Below, in pieces: positions 29,531 to 39,806 of a stretch of 64,000 bases of DNA. The notes below the pieces were generated by a model. It did no database searches and was not told where the DNA came from. It saw only the letters and a list, made by a program, of their open reading frames with translations. The stretch is from the NCBI GenBank assembly GCA_964594415.1, contig CAZQLQ010000003.1, forward strand, positions 6,224 through 70,223. Direction: 5' to 3'. Both the position numbers and the translations under genes were made by a program. Positions within the stretch are counted from its first letter, which is position 1. Each line of letters begins with the position of its first letter. Source of the stretch: an uncultured Candidatus Saccharibacteria bacterium. GTDB lineage: Bacteria > Patescibacteriota > CPR2 > UBA1875 > CAIMLA01.

Positions 29531-31039
29531 TTATTTGTCTCCACTCTTTTTGCTTACTTTTTCAAGACTCTTTATGAGTGCCTTCTCAACTTCTTCAGAA
29601 ATATCTAAATCTCGCTTGAAAGCCGTTAAATAGTCTTTGTTCCCATTTAATTCATTCAGTAAATTTTCTTCAAATCCTCTAATGTCCTTGACTTCGATCT
29701 CATCCAGATACCCATTCGTTGCCGCATAGAGAATGGCAACCTGGCCCTCTACGGCCATCGGTTGATACTGGTCCTGCTTTAAGACCTCAACAATTCTTTT
29801 ACCGCGTTCGATTTGTTTTTTGGTTTCTTCATCAAGGTCAGAAGCAAATTGAGCAAACGACTGTAGTTCACGATATTGTGCAAGTTCAAGCCGTATCTTT
29901 CCTGCAACTTTTTTAATAGCTTTTATCTGAGCCGATGAACCTACACGAGAAACCGATAATCCAACATTTAAAGCAGGACGAATGCCCTGATAAAATAGAT
30001 CTGATTCAAGGTATATCTGACCATCCGTAATAGAAATTACGTTTGTAGGAATATAGGCAGACACATCGCCAGCTTGTGTTTCTATTATTGGCAACGCGGT
30101 AATGGAACCACCACCATACTTCTCATCTCTCCTGCAAGCACGCTCAAGAAGTCTTGAATGAAGGTAGAAAACATCACCAGGATATGCTTCTCTTCCCGGT
30201 GGACGCCTAAGCAGAAGTGAGATTTCTCTATAAGCCCAAGCGTGTTTGGACAGATCGTCATAGATGACTAGCACATCTTTACCTTGATCCATAAAATATT
30301 CTGCAATTGCGACTCCTGCATAAGGAGCTATAAAAAGAGAAGGCGCAGAATCAGAGGCGGAAGCATTTACTACTATAGTGTTTGCCATAGCCCCATTTTC
30401 TTCAAGCTTTGATACTATCCTAGCAACCTTTGAATTCTTTTGGCCAATTGCTACATAAACACAAATTACACCCGTGTCTTTTTGATTAATGATCGTGTCA
30501 ATTGCAATTGCGGTTTTTCCCGTTTGACGGTCCCCAATAATCAGCTCTCTTTGTCCACGACCAATCGGGATTGCCGCGTCGATCGCCTTAATCCCTGTTT
30601 GAAGTGGGACGTTTACTGATTTACGCTCGATAACGCCAGGCGCAATTCTTTCGACGGGGTAAGCCTTATTGCTTGTTATACTACTCTTACCATCTATAAC
30701 GTTTCCGAGTGCGTCTACTACGCGTCCAATTATATTATCTGAAACCGGAATCTCTAAGATTCTACCGGTACAGCGAACTTCGTCACCTTCCTTAATCCTC
30801 TTTGAATCTCCAATAATAACAATTCCTACATTATCTTCTTCGAGATTAAAAGCAATGCCATAAATACCGTTTTCAAACTGGACCATTTCAAAAGACATCG
30901 CATCGTGTAGGCCAATAGCCTTAGCAACGCCGTCACCAACAGTTACAACCTTTCCTATCTTGTAAGAACTTGCTGATGGTTTATAGCTTTTGAGTTGTTC
31001 TTCAATTTTTTGTAATAAAATGTCTCTATTTTCCTGCAT
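29531..31039 (-). CDS. atpA: F1Fo ATP synthase alpha subunit
   Basis: Walker A GDRQTGKT; 502 aa. Confidence 0.95.
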   Translation of the reverse strand: MQENRDILLQKIEEQLKSYKPSASSYKIGKVVTVGDGVAKAIGLHDAMSFEMVQFENGIYGIAFNLEEDNVGIVIIGDSKRIKEGDEVRCTGRILEIPVSDNIIGRVVDALGNVIDGKSSITSNKAYPVERIAPGVIERKSVNVPLQTGIKAIDAAIPIGRGQRELIIGDRQTGKTAIAIDTIINQKDTGVICVYVAIGQKNSKVARIVSKLEENGAMANTIVVNASASDSAPSLFIAPYAGVAIAEYFMDQGKDVLVIYDDLSKHAWAYREISLLLRRPPGREAYPGDVFYLHSRLLERACRRDEKYGGGSITALPIIETQAGDVSAYIPTNVISITDGQIYLESDLFYQGIRPALNVGLSVSRVGSSAQIKAIKKVAGKIRLELAQYRELQSFAQFASDLDEETKKQIERGKRIVEVLKQDQYQPMAVEGQVAILYAATNGYLDEIEVKDIRGFEENLLNELNGNKDYLTAFKRDLDISEEVEKALIKSLEKVSKKSGDK

Positions 31040-31041
31040 AA

Positions 31042-31437
31042 TTATACCTCTACACCCATTTTTGTCTGTTTAATAAGATCCGTAAGCTGGCTAACCCTAT
31101 TCCTTAAACTATTGTCTATAACCGTTTCACCCATTCTTATTATTACTCCGCCTAAAAGATCCTCGTTTATGAAATAAGTAATTTCCAGCTTCTGATTGGA
31201 TTTTTTTTCTAAAACTCTTTCTATTAGACTTTTTTGCTCATTTGATAATTCACATGCACTTGTGACTGTGATATATCCTTCTTTAAATTGCTTTTCTAGG
31301 GATAGCCTTTTTACCAGTGATTCTGCTTTTCTTGGATATCTTTGTACAACCCTCTTAGCAAAACGCTCAACAAGTTTTGGGTCCTCGTCCTCTGCAACTA
31401 GTTTCAATATTTTCGAGATATCTAAATTTATCGCCAT
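31042..31437 (-). CDS. atpH: F1Fo ATP synthase delta subunit (short, 131 aa)
   Basis: Position between atpF and atpA, with OSCP/delta-like helices. Shorter than the typical 175-180 aa. Confidence 0.75.
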   Translation of the reverse strand: MAINLDISKILKLVAEDEDPKLVERFAKRVVQRYPRKAESLVKRLSLEKQFKEGYITVTSACELSNEQKSLIERVLEKKSNQKLEITYFINEDLLGGVIIRMGETVIDNSLRNRVSQLTDLIKQTKMGVEV

Positions 31438-31439
31438 AT

Positions 31440-31943
31440 TTACGCTTTCTCAATAAACCCTGCCAACGCTTCATTTATCAAGGCGTCGTCATATTTCTTG
31501 GTGTTACTTTTAAGCAAAGAGATTAGGGATTCTTCAACTAGTTTGGCAATATCATCCTTAGTGTCATTTATGATTTCTTTTTTCTTTTTTGCGCCTTCTA
31601 TTTCCGCGTTTTGAAGAATTGCTTTTGCATTTGTTTCGGCTTCAAACTTAGCGTTTTCGTTTATCAACTTAGCCTCTACCCTCGCTTCATCAATAATTTT
31701 TGAGGCTTCCGTCTTGGCACTTAAGATGACTTCCTCTTTTTTCTTTTCTATCTCGTCATATTCTCTAGCTATCTCGTCTGCCTTCTTCAAGCTCTCTTCA
31801 ATCTTTGAAGTCCGCGCATCCAAGACGTTCATCACAGGCTTATACAAAAATTTCCAAAGAATCAAGAGAAGCAAGCCGAAGTTCAATCCCTGCGCAATCA
31901 GAGATGCCGTATCTATACCTAATTTTTCAAATATAGCTCCCAT
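31440..31943 (-). CDS. atpF: F1Fo ATP synthase subunit b
   Basis: Single N-terminal TM helix followed by a long charged helix. Confidence 0.85.
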   Translation of the reverse strand: MGAIFEKLGIDTASLIAQGLNFGLLLLILWKFLYKPVMNVLDARTSKIEESLKKADEIAREYDEIEKKKEEVILSAKTEASKIIDEARVEAKLINENAKFEAETNAKAILQNAEIEGAKKKKEIINDTKDDIAKLVEESLISLLKSNTKKYDDALINEALAGFIEKA

Positions 31944-31951
31944 ACGAGCTC

Positions 31952-32197
<246 letters not shown>

Positions 32198-32214
32198 TTA
32201 CTTAACTTAATATA

Positions 32215-32961
32215 CTAATGTGCATCATGTGACATAGTGGCCATCGAAAAGAATACGAGTGCCAGCATCGTAAACACAAGCGCTTGGATAAAACCTACAA
32301 AAATCTCCATAATATAGAATGGCACCGGAATGATGTATGGCGTGATTACTCCCAAAACAACCAGTAATACTTCGCCTGCAAATACGTTACCAAAAAGCCT
32401 GAATGCAAATGAGATAATACGAGTAATTTCTGAGACTAACTCTAGGATACCGACAAAAAAGTTAACGGGACTAGAAAAATTTAAAAATTTCTTACCGTAC
32501 TTAAACATGCCGATAGCGGCTATCCCAAGGACCTGGGAGGCAAAAACCACAATAACCCCAAGAGCTACAGTAGTATTTAGATCAGCTGTCCCAGCACGAA
32601 AAATAGGAACTAAGACTTCTTTACCCTCAGAGTTCAGTTCATAAACTCCTATCGATCCAACCCCCGGAATTAAACCGAACCAATTATTGAAAAGTATAAA
32701 GATGAAAAAGGTCGCAATCATCGGAAATATTTTTCGAGCAAATGTCTTGTCTCTTATAATGCTATTCGTAAGATTAAATAACATCTCAATCCCAAGCTCC
32801 ATCACATTTTGTAGCCCCCTCGGGATAAGATTAATCTTCCTGGTTGCAGAAAAAGAAATCAACGAAAGAAAGACCAAAACCACAAACGTCGTAAACATGC
32901 TATTTGTAATCGTAACGGATCCTATTTCCATAAGTGGATTGGCGGTAATAGAAACATGCAT
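32215..32961 (-). CDS. atpB: F1Fo ATP synthase subunit a
   Basis: Subunit-a signature with the essential Arg (RLFGNVFAGE) and five TM helices. Confidence 0.9.
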   Translation of the reverse strand: MHVSITANPLMEIGSVTITNSMFTTFVVLVFLSLISFSATRKINLIPRGLQNVMELGIEMLFNLTNSIIRDKTFARKIFPMIATFFIFILFNNWFGLIPGVGSIGVYELNSEGKEVLVPIFRAGTADLNTTVALGVIVVFASQVLGIAAIGMFKYGKKFLNFSSPVNFFVGILELVSEITRIISFAFRLFGNVFAGEVLLVVLGVITPYIIPVPFYIMEIFVGFIQALVFTMLALVFFSMATMSHDAH

Positions 32962-33209
32962 TATTCACCATCCTTCATTTTGTCGATTGATTTTTTGATA
33001 CCATAAAAAGAAGTAATTAATGATAAGCCTATACCGGAAAAAAGAAAGATATGTCCCGCACTAAATCGCTTGTCTAGCCAAACTCCTAAAACTACAAAAA
33101 ATACTAATGGCAAGCTTATCCGAAAGCCAATTTCTAAAAAGTATCCGTATACATTAAAATCTTTTTTCATACTCAAAATCCTAAATTTTTCAATACAAAA
33201 ATGCGTCAC
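32961..33209 (-). CDS. AtpZ/AtpI-like small membrane protein preceding atpB
   Basis: 82 aa with two TM helices in the usual atpI/atpZ position. The start may be the internal MKKDF. Confidence 0.55.
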   Translation of the reverse strand: MTHFCIEKFRILSMKKDFNVYGYFLEIGFRISLPLVFFVVLGVWLDKRFSAGHIFLFSGIGLSLITSFYGIKKSIDKMKDGE

Positions 33210-33275
33210 AACTATTAAAGTGGCGCATTGACTAAATTATCTTAAATTATTTTTATTTTTTTTGCAAGAACTTTA

Positions 33276-33305
33276 AAAGGCCAGTTTTTTTCTGGCCTTT
33301 TATTC
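33276..33305. terminator. Hairpin/terminator between the giant-protein gene and the atp operon
   Basis: aaaaggccag-ttttttt-ctggcctttt. Confidence 0.4.
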
Positions 33306-33315
33306 TTGAAGGATT

Positions 33316-36300
33316 CTATTTAATTTCTTTTTCAAGATCGACTAATATTTTACGAGATTCTGCATTATTTATTAATTTATCTGCCTTTAGAAGCTCAAAA
33401 TAACGATTTCCCTCGTCATATATATAGACATAATCTTCTGCCTCTTCTAGCTTTAGTTTTCCGAGTAATGATAAAAACTCTTTACTAATTGCATCTTCGG
33501 TACTGTTTTCTTTTTTTGATAAGGATACAAGATAATTGTTCAGTAACAAATCCGTATTATGCCTAAAAATTTTCGGATTTTCTGGATTTAACTTTTCTGG
33601 AGATTTCCCCGTCCCAGCACCGGTGTTAGTTTCTGCCGCTTGTTGACCGCTCGGCGTGCTTGACTGTTCAGAAGAACCGTCTTCTGATGGCTTCTCTTTC
33701 TCCCATGAAACCTTTATATCTTCTGAGTTTTTATTTGTATTTCTTTCCCTTAAGGCCAATATAGGTTCCACATTTATTAACGTAAAGACGCCTTCAGGCG
33801 TAACGCTATAATCATCATCTTTAAGACCAGTGGTTTTAAGGAATTCTGCGAATTCTCCAGATTTGCCTAGAATCTCCTCTTTTGAAATATTATTGTTAAC
33901 CCAGTTGCTTTCTGAAGTAATAATCTTATCTGTTTCGCTAGTTTCTTCTTTCTCAACATTGGGTCCCGTACCCTCGCCTGTTCCTACCGGCTCAGGGCTT
34001 TCTCCCGATGGACCTTCTGGAGTTGGCGTTGGGGTAACTGGGGGAACTGGTTCTTCTTTCTTCCCCACATTCTCTAGCGGGTTTCTACGGAATGGCATAA
34101 TAGGAACATAGAATTCGCTATCTCTAGGCATCTCAAGAGTATAATCAAAAGCTTCTGGATTCGTTACCGTTACAGTATCGACACCCTTTCCTTCAGCTGT
34201 CGCTAACATTCTAACCAGATCATGGATCTGTCCGTCTTCTCCTTTTCGTCCGCCTATAACCTGAGCTACTTCGGCAAAGCGACCCTTAAAGACCACCTGT
34301 CCATCGTGGTTTTCAAAAAACATCTGTGCGAGAGGGCTATCTTTTGGAATAATTGCCTGCCCGTTTTTATCGAACTCAACTGAAGCTACATAGCGCTGCG
34401 TTTCTTCCGAAAGCGATAGGTTAAGCTTCAGATTATGGTTCTTTATTTCCTCAAGGTAATCCGCGCTCAACTCATCATGAAATGAGCCGTCAGATGTCAT
34501 ATGAGATACATCATAAACAAAGTTGCCGTTAGCATCTATGCCTAATCTTAACTCTTTTTCATTTAGTTCATAAATTCCGGAGGTATTTTCGTCATACCAT
34601 CCTCGCGGATCCCTAAATACTCTTTCAAATTCTGGTCTGTGTGATATTGCATCAATATCGGTATAAGTAGTGACTTCTCCCGACCCCTCTACTGGAGCAG
34701 TAATTAAATTGATACCTTCTTTATGAAGCATTTCTACCGTTGAAGGCGATAGAGAGCCATCGTTGTTGAATATAATGTGATCTGCTACCAGTTCGCCGGT
34801 CATTTTATTTGTTAAACTAAGTGTTCCTTCTTGATTTTTGATCAGTGCAAGTCCTTCAGGTAGATTAATTGTCGTGGATCTCCCTACTGAAACTTGATTT
34901 AAGACATCAGGATTTACTCCCAATGTTTTATCGCCTTCAAGAGAAAATGCGGTTCTATGGAAAAATGAAGTAAAATCACTATCGCCAATATAATCCGCAA
35001 ATTCATGAACAGCCCCCCCTACGATGCCCATAGTTGTAGCTGCTATAAAGCCAGCTTTCACGGCCTCTATTTTCTTAAATCTGTCTCGTTCTCCTATTTT
35101 TTGCGTATTTTCGCCCAACAAACCAGCTTTGGCATTATTAATCTTATTTCTTAACTCATTGGTGAAATTACTGCCTTCTGGAAGATTTTCAATGAGCGCT
35201 TCTTCAGCTTTGGCAACAGCTTCGTCTAAAGCATTTCTCTCTCTTTGGTTAAATATTCTTGAATAAGTAATATAAGGCGCGTCATATTCGTCGCTAGCTT
35301 CTATTCTTGCCCTTATATCAACAACTTTTTCCGTCAAAATCTGCCTCAGCTCAGGACTTAATTCTCCCTTACTTAGAATCTCGTTAATTTCTGTAACCGA
35401 AGAATTGGAACTTTTTCCTTCTACTCTGAACTGTTCCATTCTTTCGCGACCCTTAGAGCCAGATAAAATCTCTCCTCCTGCCTCCATTTCACGAGAGTGC
35501 ATAGCAAAGTCTCTCTCAACCTCCTTGCCCTTTCTGGCGACACCGTAAGCAAAGCCTAATAACGATGAGGCTCCGAGTGTTCCTATTTTTGCAGCGTTGC
35601 TTCTAACTAATCTTTCAGTAGTGAAAGTAGCTGCGGAATAAATCAATCCAGCCGCTATGCCTATAGTTGCAGGCTCTAGTGCAGAACTCCAAAATCTGCT
35701 TTGCTGTAGCCCTTCAACAAATTTGTCAAAACCGTTTAAATTTTCTTTGGCTCTTAAATTGCCTCGAACATTGCCTAAAATAACCGAGAAATCCATGTCT
35801 AGTTCGGAAAGAGCTTTTTCGTGATCTTGACTTCCTTTGATACTATCGGCAACTTCAAGAAGATTGTCAACGATATCTTCTTTTTTAAACATTAATTTCC
35901 TATCTTTAATATATGCGGAGTCCAGTAGTTCAAACTTTATTTTCTCAAAAGCGTTTTCGTCTATTTCGCCATTCACATAATGTTTTATAAGATCTTTAAT
36001 GCTGTTGTTAAAATCCTCGTTTGCTTCTTCCCTGTTTTCGCCATAGTGTAGAGCCTCGTCGGCACTTGTAGCCAATCTTTCAGCAGCAGCTTTTCTGTCC
36101 TCTTGAAACTCTTCATTCTTATCAAGTGAACCGCTGTTAATTTGCTCTCTATATTTGTTGATGGCCTTTTGTCTTTCATATTCCTCAAATACTCGCCAAT
36201 ACATTCTTCCAAAGATACCTCTTATGCCCTTCTCTCTTATTTTATTTTGTTCTTTGGTAATTTCTTTGTCTGCATAATATCTTGCCACATCTTCATTGAT

Positions 36301-36915
36301 TTCTTTGGCATCAACAGCATAAAGAGGGGTTTTTTTAGCCTCATCCTCGGCTTCGTTACTTTCGGCTTCCTCTAGTTTCGTTGTTGGGTTTTCATTATCT
36401 TGCCCCTGCTGTTGTTTATCTTCTGATTGCTGCTTATTGGTGTTTTCGATGCCTTGCTCTTCCTGAAGACGATCTATAAAAGTTTGCATACGCTCACCCT
36501 GAAGTTCGTCTTCCGTTTTTTGAGTATTGGAATTACTTGATGACTGCTCTTCCTGAAGACGATCTATAAAAGCTTGCATACGCTCACCCTGAAGTTCGTC
36601 TTCCGTTTTTCCGACAGCGGAAGTATCAGACAGTTTCTCCTCGGGAACGGGTTGCGCATAACCTTCGCTTACCGGATCAATATCCTCGTAATCAATAGGT
36701 TGGTAGCCATAATGTTCACTTGATTTATTATCTTCATCTTCGTCAATATAGTCTATTGGCTTATATCCCTTTTCTTTCTCATTGGCAATACCATAGGCAA
36801 TCTTAATATATTCGTCGCCTTCAGGCTCTGGTAAAATATTTTTTACCAGATCTTCATTTGATGGAGCTTTTTGCTCACCAGAAAAGGCCCCTGGGTTATT
36901 ATTCATCTCGCTCAT
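33316..36915 (-). CDS. Giant hypothetical protein (1199 aa): acidic N-terminus with GYxPIDY repeats, a 30-aa tandem repeat, mid-protein TM helices, a large C-terminal domain and a PVTPTPTPEGP linker
   Basis: One uninterrupted ORF. Hydrophobic helices at roughly residues 430-470 and 640-660. A Pro/Thr-rich linker near residue 960. No recognisable catalytic motif and no N-terminal signal peptide. Confidence 0.6.
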   Translation of the reverse strand: MSEMNNNPGAFSGEQKAPSNEDLVKNILPEPEGDEYIKIAYGIANEKEKGYKPIDYIDEDEDNKSSEHYGYQPIDYEDIDPVSEGYAQPVPEEKLSDTSAVGKTEDELQGERMQAFIDRLQEEQSSSNSNTQKTEDELQGERMQTFIDRLQEEQGIENTNKQQSEDKQQQGQDNENPTTKLEEAESNEAEDEAKKTPLYAVDAKEINEDVARYYADKEITKEQNKIREKGIRGIFGRMYWRVFEEYERQKAINKYREQINSGSLDKNEEFQEDRKAAAERLATSADEALHYGENREEANEDFNNSIKDLIKHYVNGEIDENAFEKIKFELLDSAYIKDRKLMFKKEDIVDNLLEVADSIKGSQDHEKALSELDMDFSVILGNVRGNLRAKENLNGFDKFVEGLQQSRFWSSALEPATIGIAAGLIYSAATFTTERLVRSNAAKIGTLGASSLLGFAYGVARKGKEVERDFAMHSREMEAGGEILSGSKGRERMEQFRVEGKSSNSSVTEINEILSKGELSPELRQILTEKVVDIRARIEASDEYDAPYITYSRIFNQRERNALDEAVAKAEEALIENLPEGSNFTNELRNKINNAKAGLLGENTQKIGERDRFKKIEAVKAGFIAATTMGIVGGAVHEFADYIGDSDFTSFFHRTAFSLEGDKTLGVNPDVLNQVSVGRSTTINLPEGLALIKNQEGTLSLTNKMTGELVADHIIFNNDGSLSPSTVEMLHKEGINLITAPVEGSGEVTTYTDIDAISHRPEFERVFRDPRGWYDENTSGIYELNEKELRLGIDANGNFVYDVSHMTSDGSFHDELSADYLEEIKNHNLKLNLSLSEETQRYVASVEFDKNGQAIIPKDSPLAQMFFENHDGQVVFKGRFAEVAQVIGGRKGEDGQIHDLVRMLATAEGKGVDTVTVTNPEAFDYTLEMPRDSEFYVPIMPFRRNPLENVGKKEEPVPPVTPTPTPEGPSGESPEPVGTGEGTGPNVEKEETSETDKIITSESNWVNNNISKEEILGKSGEFAEFLKTTGLKDDDYSVTPEGVFTLINVEPILALRERNTNKNSEDIKVSWEKEKPSEDGSSEQSSTPSGQQAAETNTGAGTGKSPEKLNPENPKIFRHNTDLLLNNYLVSLSKKENSTEDAISKEFLSLLGKLKLEEAEDYVYIYDEGNRYFELLKADKLINNAESRKILVDLEKEIK
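36456..36610 (-). repeat. 90-bp in-frame tandem duplication (two copies) encoding TEDELQGERMQ(A/T)FIDRLQEEQ
   Basis: gctcttcctgaagacgatctataaaag(t/c)ttgcatacgctcaccctgaagttcgtcttccgttttt occurs at 36456..36520 and again at 36546..36610 (period 90 bp). Confidence 0.8.
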
Positions 36916-36918
36916 TTT

Positions 36919-37212
36919 CTACCCCAAGTACTTCTGTCTAAATTCCACAAGAAGATTAGCTGTAAATTGTGGATAGTTTGAAATATTATTTTTGAAGAAG
37001 TTTGATATTTCTTCCGGAGAGCTCTCGCTCATTTTACTAATTTCGTCCAATTTATCCTCCGTAAGAGCCTCTAGAGATTTTGCTATGAAAAAATTATTTA
37101 GTCGCTCCTCGAGATCAGATTTCATTTGGTCCCTCATTTCTGCTGGTAACTTTTGGCTTAATCCGCGCTCCTCCATCAGGAGCTCAAGATAATCATTTAT
37201 TTCTTTATTCAT
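36919..37212 (-). CDS. Small helical cytoplasmic protein (97 aa), translationally coupled to the giant protein gene
   Basis: GAGGGG SD upstream of the ATG at 37212. Its stop lies 3 nt before the start of the 1199-aa ORF. Confidence 0.55.
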   Translation of the reverse strand: MNKEINDYLELLMEERGLSQKLPAEMRDQMKSDLEERLNNFFIAKSLEALTEDKLDEISKMSESSPEEISNFFKNNISNYPQFTANLLVEFRQKYLG

Positions 37213-37329
37213 TTTCCCCTCACTTTAAACTCTGTTTAAATTATATTCTCTTGAAAATTTCAGTCAACGACTTCTACAATGCCAATTAATCAATAACTAA
37301 AAGTGATTTCATTATAATGAAACAACGGA

Positions 37330-37755
37330 TTAAAAAATATTTTTCCAATCAATGTAAGCACCGCCGATAAAAGACCCCGCCTGTTCGCTCTTAATGGATT
37401 CAGATATTACATACCCCCCAAGAAGCAGTGAGATTATTATAGTGATAGAACCTAGAACTATTCCAGCTATGGCAAATGCTTTTTTATTTGACTTTACCGT
37501 CATAGTCCCAAAAACGATAGATAGAATACCGATAATCAGACCTACAGGCGGATAGATCCAAGCAACTATGCCAAGAATTCCCAAAACAAGCGAAGCAATA
37601 GCTTTCCCTCCTCCTTCTGGAATAGGAGCAGTAGATGGTTCATTTTGACTTACTTCGGACGTCCCCCGAGTCGCTGTATTTACTACCGGTGCCCCGCAGT
37701 TGCCGCAGAAAGATGCCCCCGCATCAAGCTCTTGTCCACATTTAACACAGTTCAT
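37330..37755 (-). CDS. Zinc-ribbon plus DUF4190 membrane protein
   Basis: N-terminal CVKCG...CGNCG zinc ribbon, a Pro/Ser linker, then two TM helices of the DUF4190 type (IASLVLGILGIVAWIYPPVGLIIGILSIVFG). Confidence 0.6.
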   Translation of the reverse strand: MNCVKCGQELDAGASFCGNCGAPVVNTATRGTSEVSQNEPSTAPIPEGGGKAIASLVLGILGIVAWIYPPVGLIIGILSIVFGTMTVKSNKKAFAIAGIVLGSITIIISLLLGGYVISESIKSEQAGSFIGGAYIDWKNIF

Positions 37756-37785
37756 TGTCCTCCTCTATAACCTTTTATATGTATT

Positions 37786-38607
37786 TTACAGCTTTTTACC
37801 ACAATATTCACAGAATAAACTCTTGTTTATGTTTTTACGACCGCAATATCTACAATAGTTATTTCTACCCGAGATGCTAATACCCTCTCTTCTGTCACTA
37901 TCATTGGATAAAATATAAAAAACAAAAAGCCCCGCCGCTAAAAGCAAAGTAATAATCAGAGAAACAAGCAGAAAAAATAATATTTGGGAGTCCAACCCAA
38001 AATTATATAAAGCATGCATAATGGTCACAGATAATAGCGCAAGAATAGTACTTAAAAAAGAATTGTTATCAATTTTCTTTTTAGCAAAGAAGAAGCCTAC
38101 AGCAGCCGTACTAGCACCATGAAAAATAGGAACCGTTATTGCTCTTAGTATTCCAACTTCTGGACCATAAATAAATGTATAAGTAAGGTTCTCAAACAAA
38201 CCAAAGGTCAATCCGCAAATAGCAAAATAAATAATCCCGTCATTATGCTCATTAAAATATTTTTTATTATAAATGTATAAAGCTAGTGGCAAAAATTTCG
38301 CAAATTCCTCAATCGTACCAACAAACACAGACTTTACTAAAATAACCTGGATAATATCAGCAAAACTTCTGGACCATAAATCAGTCAGATACTCCACTCC
38401 AACAGAAAGCATTATTGCAAAAATTCCAAAAGCAAATGCCACCCATAAGGCTCCAATCGGTTCTTTGGGCCCCCTGTCATGGGAAACTAAATACCAAATT
38501 AACGTAGCGAAGATTACTAGAAATATTAAAGTCACTATGCATAACATATAAAAAATAATAACATAATTCATTAATCTTTTTTCGCAAAAAATAATATTGT
38601 CAAACAA
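37786..38607 (-). CDS. PrsW-family intramembrane protease with a C-terminal zinc ribbon
   Basis: PrsW motifs EEFAKF, FENLTY and FHGASTAAVG, with multiple TM helices. C-terminal CRYCGRKNINKSLFCEYCG ribbon. Confidence 0.65.
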   Translation of the reverse strand: MFDNIIFCEKRLMNYVIIFYMLCIVTLIFLVIFATLIWYLVSHDRGPKEPIGALWVAFAFGIFAIMLSVGVEYLTDLWSRSFADIIQVILVKSVFVGTIEEFAKFLPLALYIYNKKYFNEHNDGIIYFAICGLTFGLFENLTYTFIYGPEVGILRAITVPIFHGASTAAVGFFFAKKKIDNNSFLSTILALLSVTIMHALYNFGLDSQILFFLLVSLIITLLLAAGLFVFYILSNDSDRREGISISGRNNYCRYCGRKNINKSLFCEYCGKKL

Positions 38608-38679
38608 AACCTTTTTTTTATTTTTCTTTTTTTGATATAATTTCTATAAGTGAGAACTAATATTAAAAAGGAGGGTAAA

Positions 38680-38931
38680 TTGTTCAAATACCAATCAAAA
38701 GACAACTACACAAACCTCGAGAAAGGGATTGTGTATGGATTGTTCTTTGGTGGCGCAATCGGTTTTTTACTGTATAAGGCTAATGGGTACTGCATAACGA
38801 CAAATGTGACTTATATGCTTGCAGCTCCAGCTATCGGCCTTGTGGCAGGAATTATTATCGGTGGTAGCATCCCTGAAGGAAAGACTGCAGCCAAGAAAGC
38901 AGTTTCAAAACCAAAGAAAAAGAAAAAATAG
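38680..38931 (+). CDS. Small membrane protein with a Lys-rich tail, hypothetical
   Basis: The start is moved to the TTG at 38680, six nt after a strong AAGGAGG SD that lies inside the track ORF. Two TM helices and a KKKKK C-terminus. Confidence 0.4.
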   Translation: MFKYQSKDNYTNLEKGIVYGLFFGGAIGFLLYKANGYCITTNVTYMLAAPAIGLVAGIIIGGSIPEGKTAAKKAVSKPKKKKK

Positions 38932-38950
38932 TCTTTATAAAGAGAAAAAA

Positions 38951-38978
38951 AGAACGTATTAAGATACGTTCTTTTTTT
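38951..38978 (+). terminator. Rho-independent terminator
   Basis: agaacgtat-taag-atacgttct followed by ttttttt. Confidence 0.65.
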
Positions 38979-39018
38979 GATTGACTTATCATAAAAATAG
39001 GTATAATTTAAGATTATT

Positions 39019-39783
39019 ATGATTTCTGATTATATTTATCCAGACATAAAAGATAAGCTAGTAAACACCTTTATCGAGCAGTATGAGGTCGAGGAAGGTG
39101 GTTGGGAGAAAGAAGAAACCTCCACTCTTGAAATTGCAGAGAAGTATCTTCGTATTTTTAACGGCTCGAATAGTTCTTTTCTGGATGCCGGATGCGGTAA
39201 TGGTAGATTGATTAAGGTTTTTGAAAAATATTTCTCTACAGTAATTGCCATAGACCCTGATGAATCAAGGCTAAAAGAAGCACAGGAAAATATTAAGGAA
39301 TTCGGTATTCAGACCAAAACAACAACTTTGAGATCCTCGATCGAGGATTTTTCTTTTGAACATAAGTTCAACACCATATTATGTGCATATGTTTTACACA
39401 TTGTCAGCAACGCTGCTGCTGAATCTATCATAAAAAAGCTGTTTAATATGCTGGAAGAAGATGGAATACTACTCTTGCTAACCTCGTGGTCACCGGAGGT
39501 TTATGATAAATACTCAAAGGCTTATTTTGAAAAATCTAGGTTTGTCGACAAAGAAATTAATATCACAGAGTTTGAAGAGCTCATAAAGGCGGGTAAGCCA
39601 AATATATTGCCTATACACTCATTTTGCACGGATCATCTAAAGAGAGTTATAGACTCAAATGGTTTCGAACTAGTAAACATCAAGCCTTTTCATAGTACTA
39701 AAATTCATAATAATCCAGTAGACATCATGTTAGTCTTAAGAAAACCCAAAAAATCTCCGTATACCTATAGTTATAATTCATAA
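39019..39783 (+). CDS. Class I SAM-dependent methyltransferase
   Basis: Motif I LDAGCGNGRL and the motif post-I acidic residue (AIDPDE). Confidence 0.7.
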   Translation: MISDYIYPDIKDKLVNTFIEQYEVEEGGWEKEETSTLEIAEKYLRIFNGSNSSFLDAGCGNGRLIKVFEKYFSTVIAIDPDESRLKEAQENIKEFGIQTKTTTLRSSIEDFSFEHKFNTILCAYVLHIVSNAAAESIIKKLFNMLEEDGILLLLTSWSPEVYDKYSKAYFEKSRFVDKEINITEFEELIKAGKPNILPIHSFCTDHLKRVIDSNGFELVNIKPFHSTKIHNNPVDIMLVLRKPKKSPYTYSYNS

Positions 39784-39806
39784 TAAGAACTTCAAAGGGA
39801 GGATCG

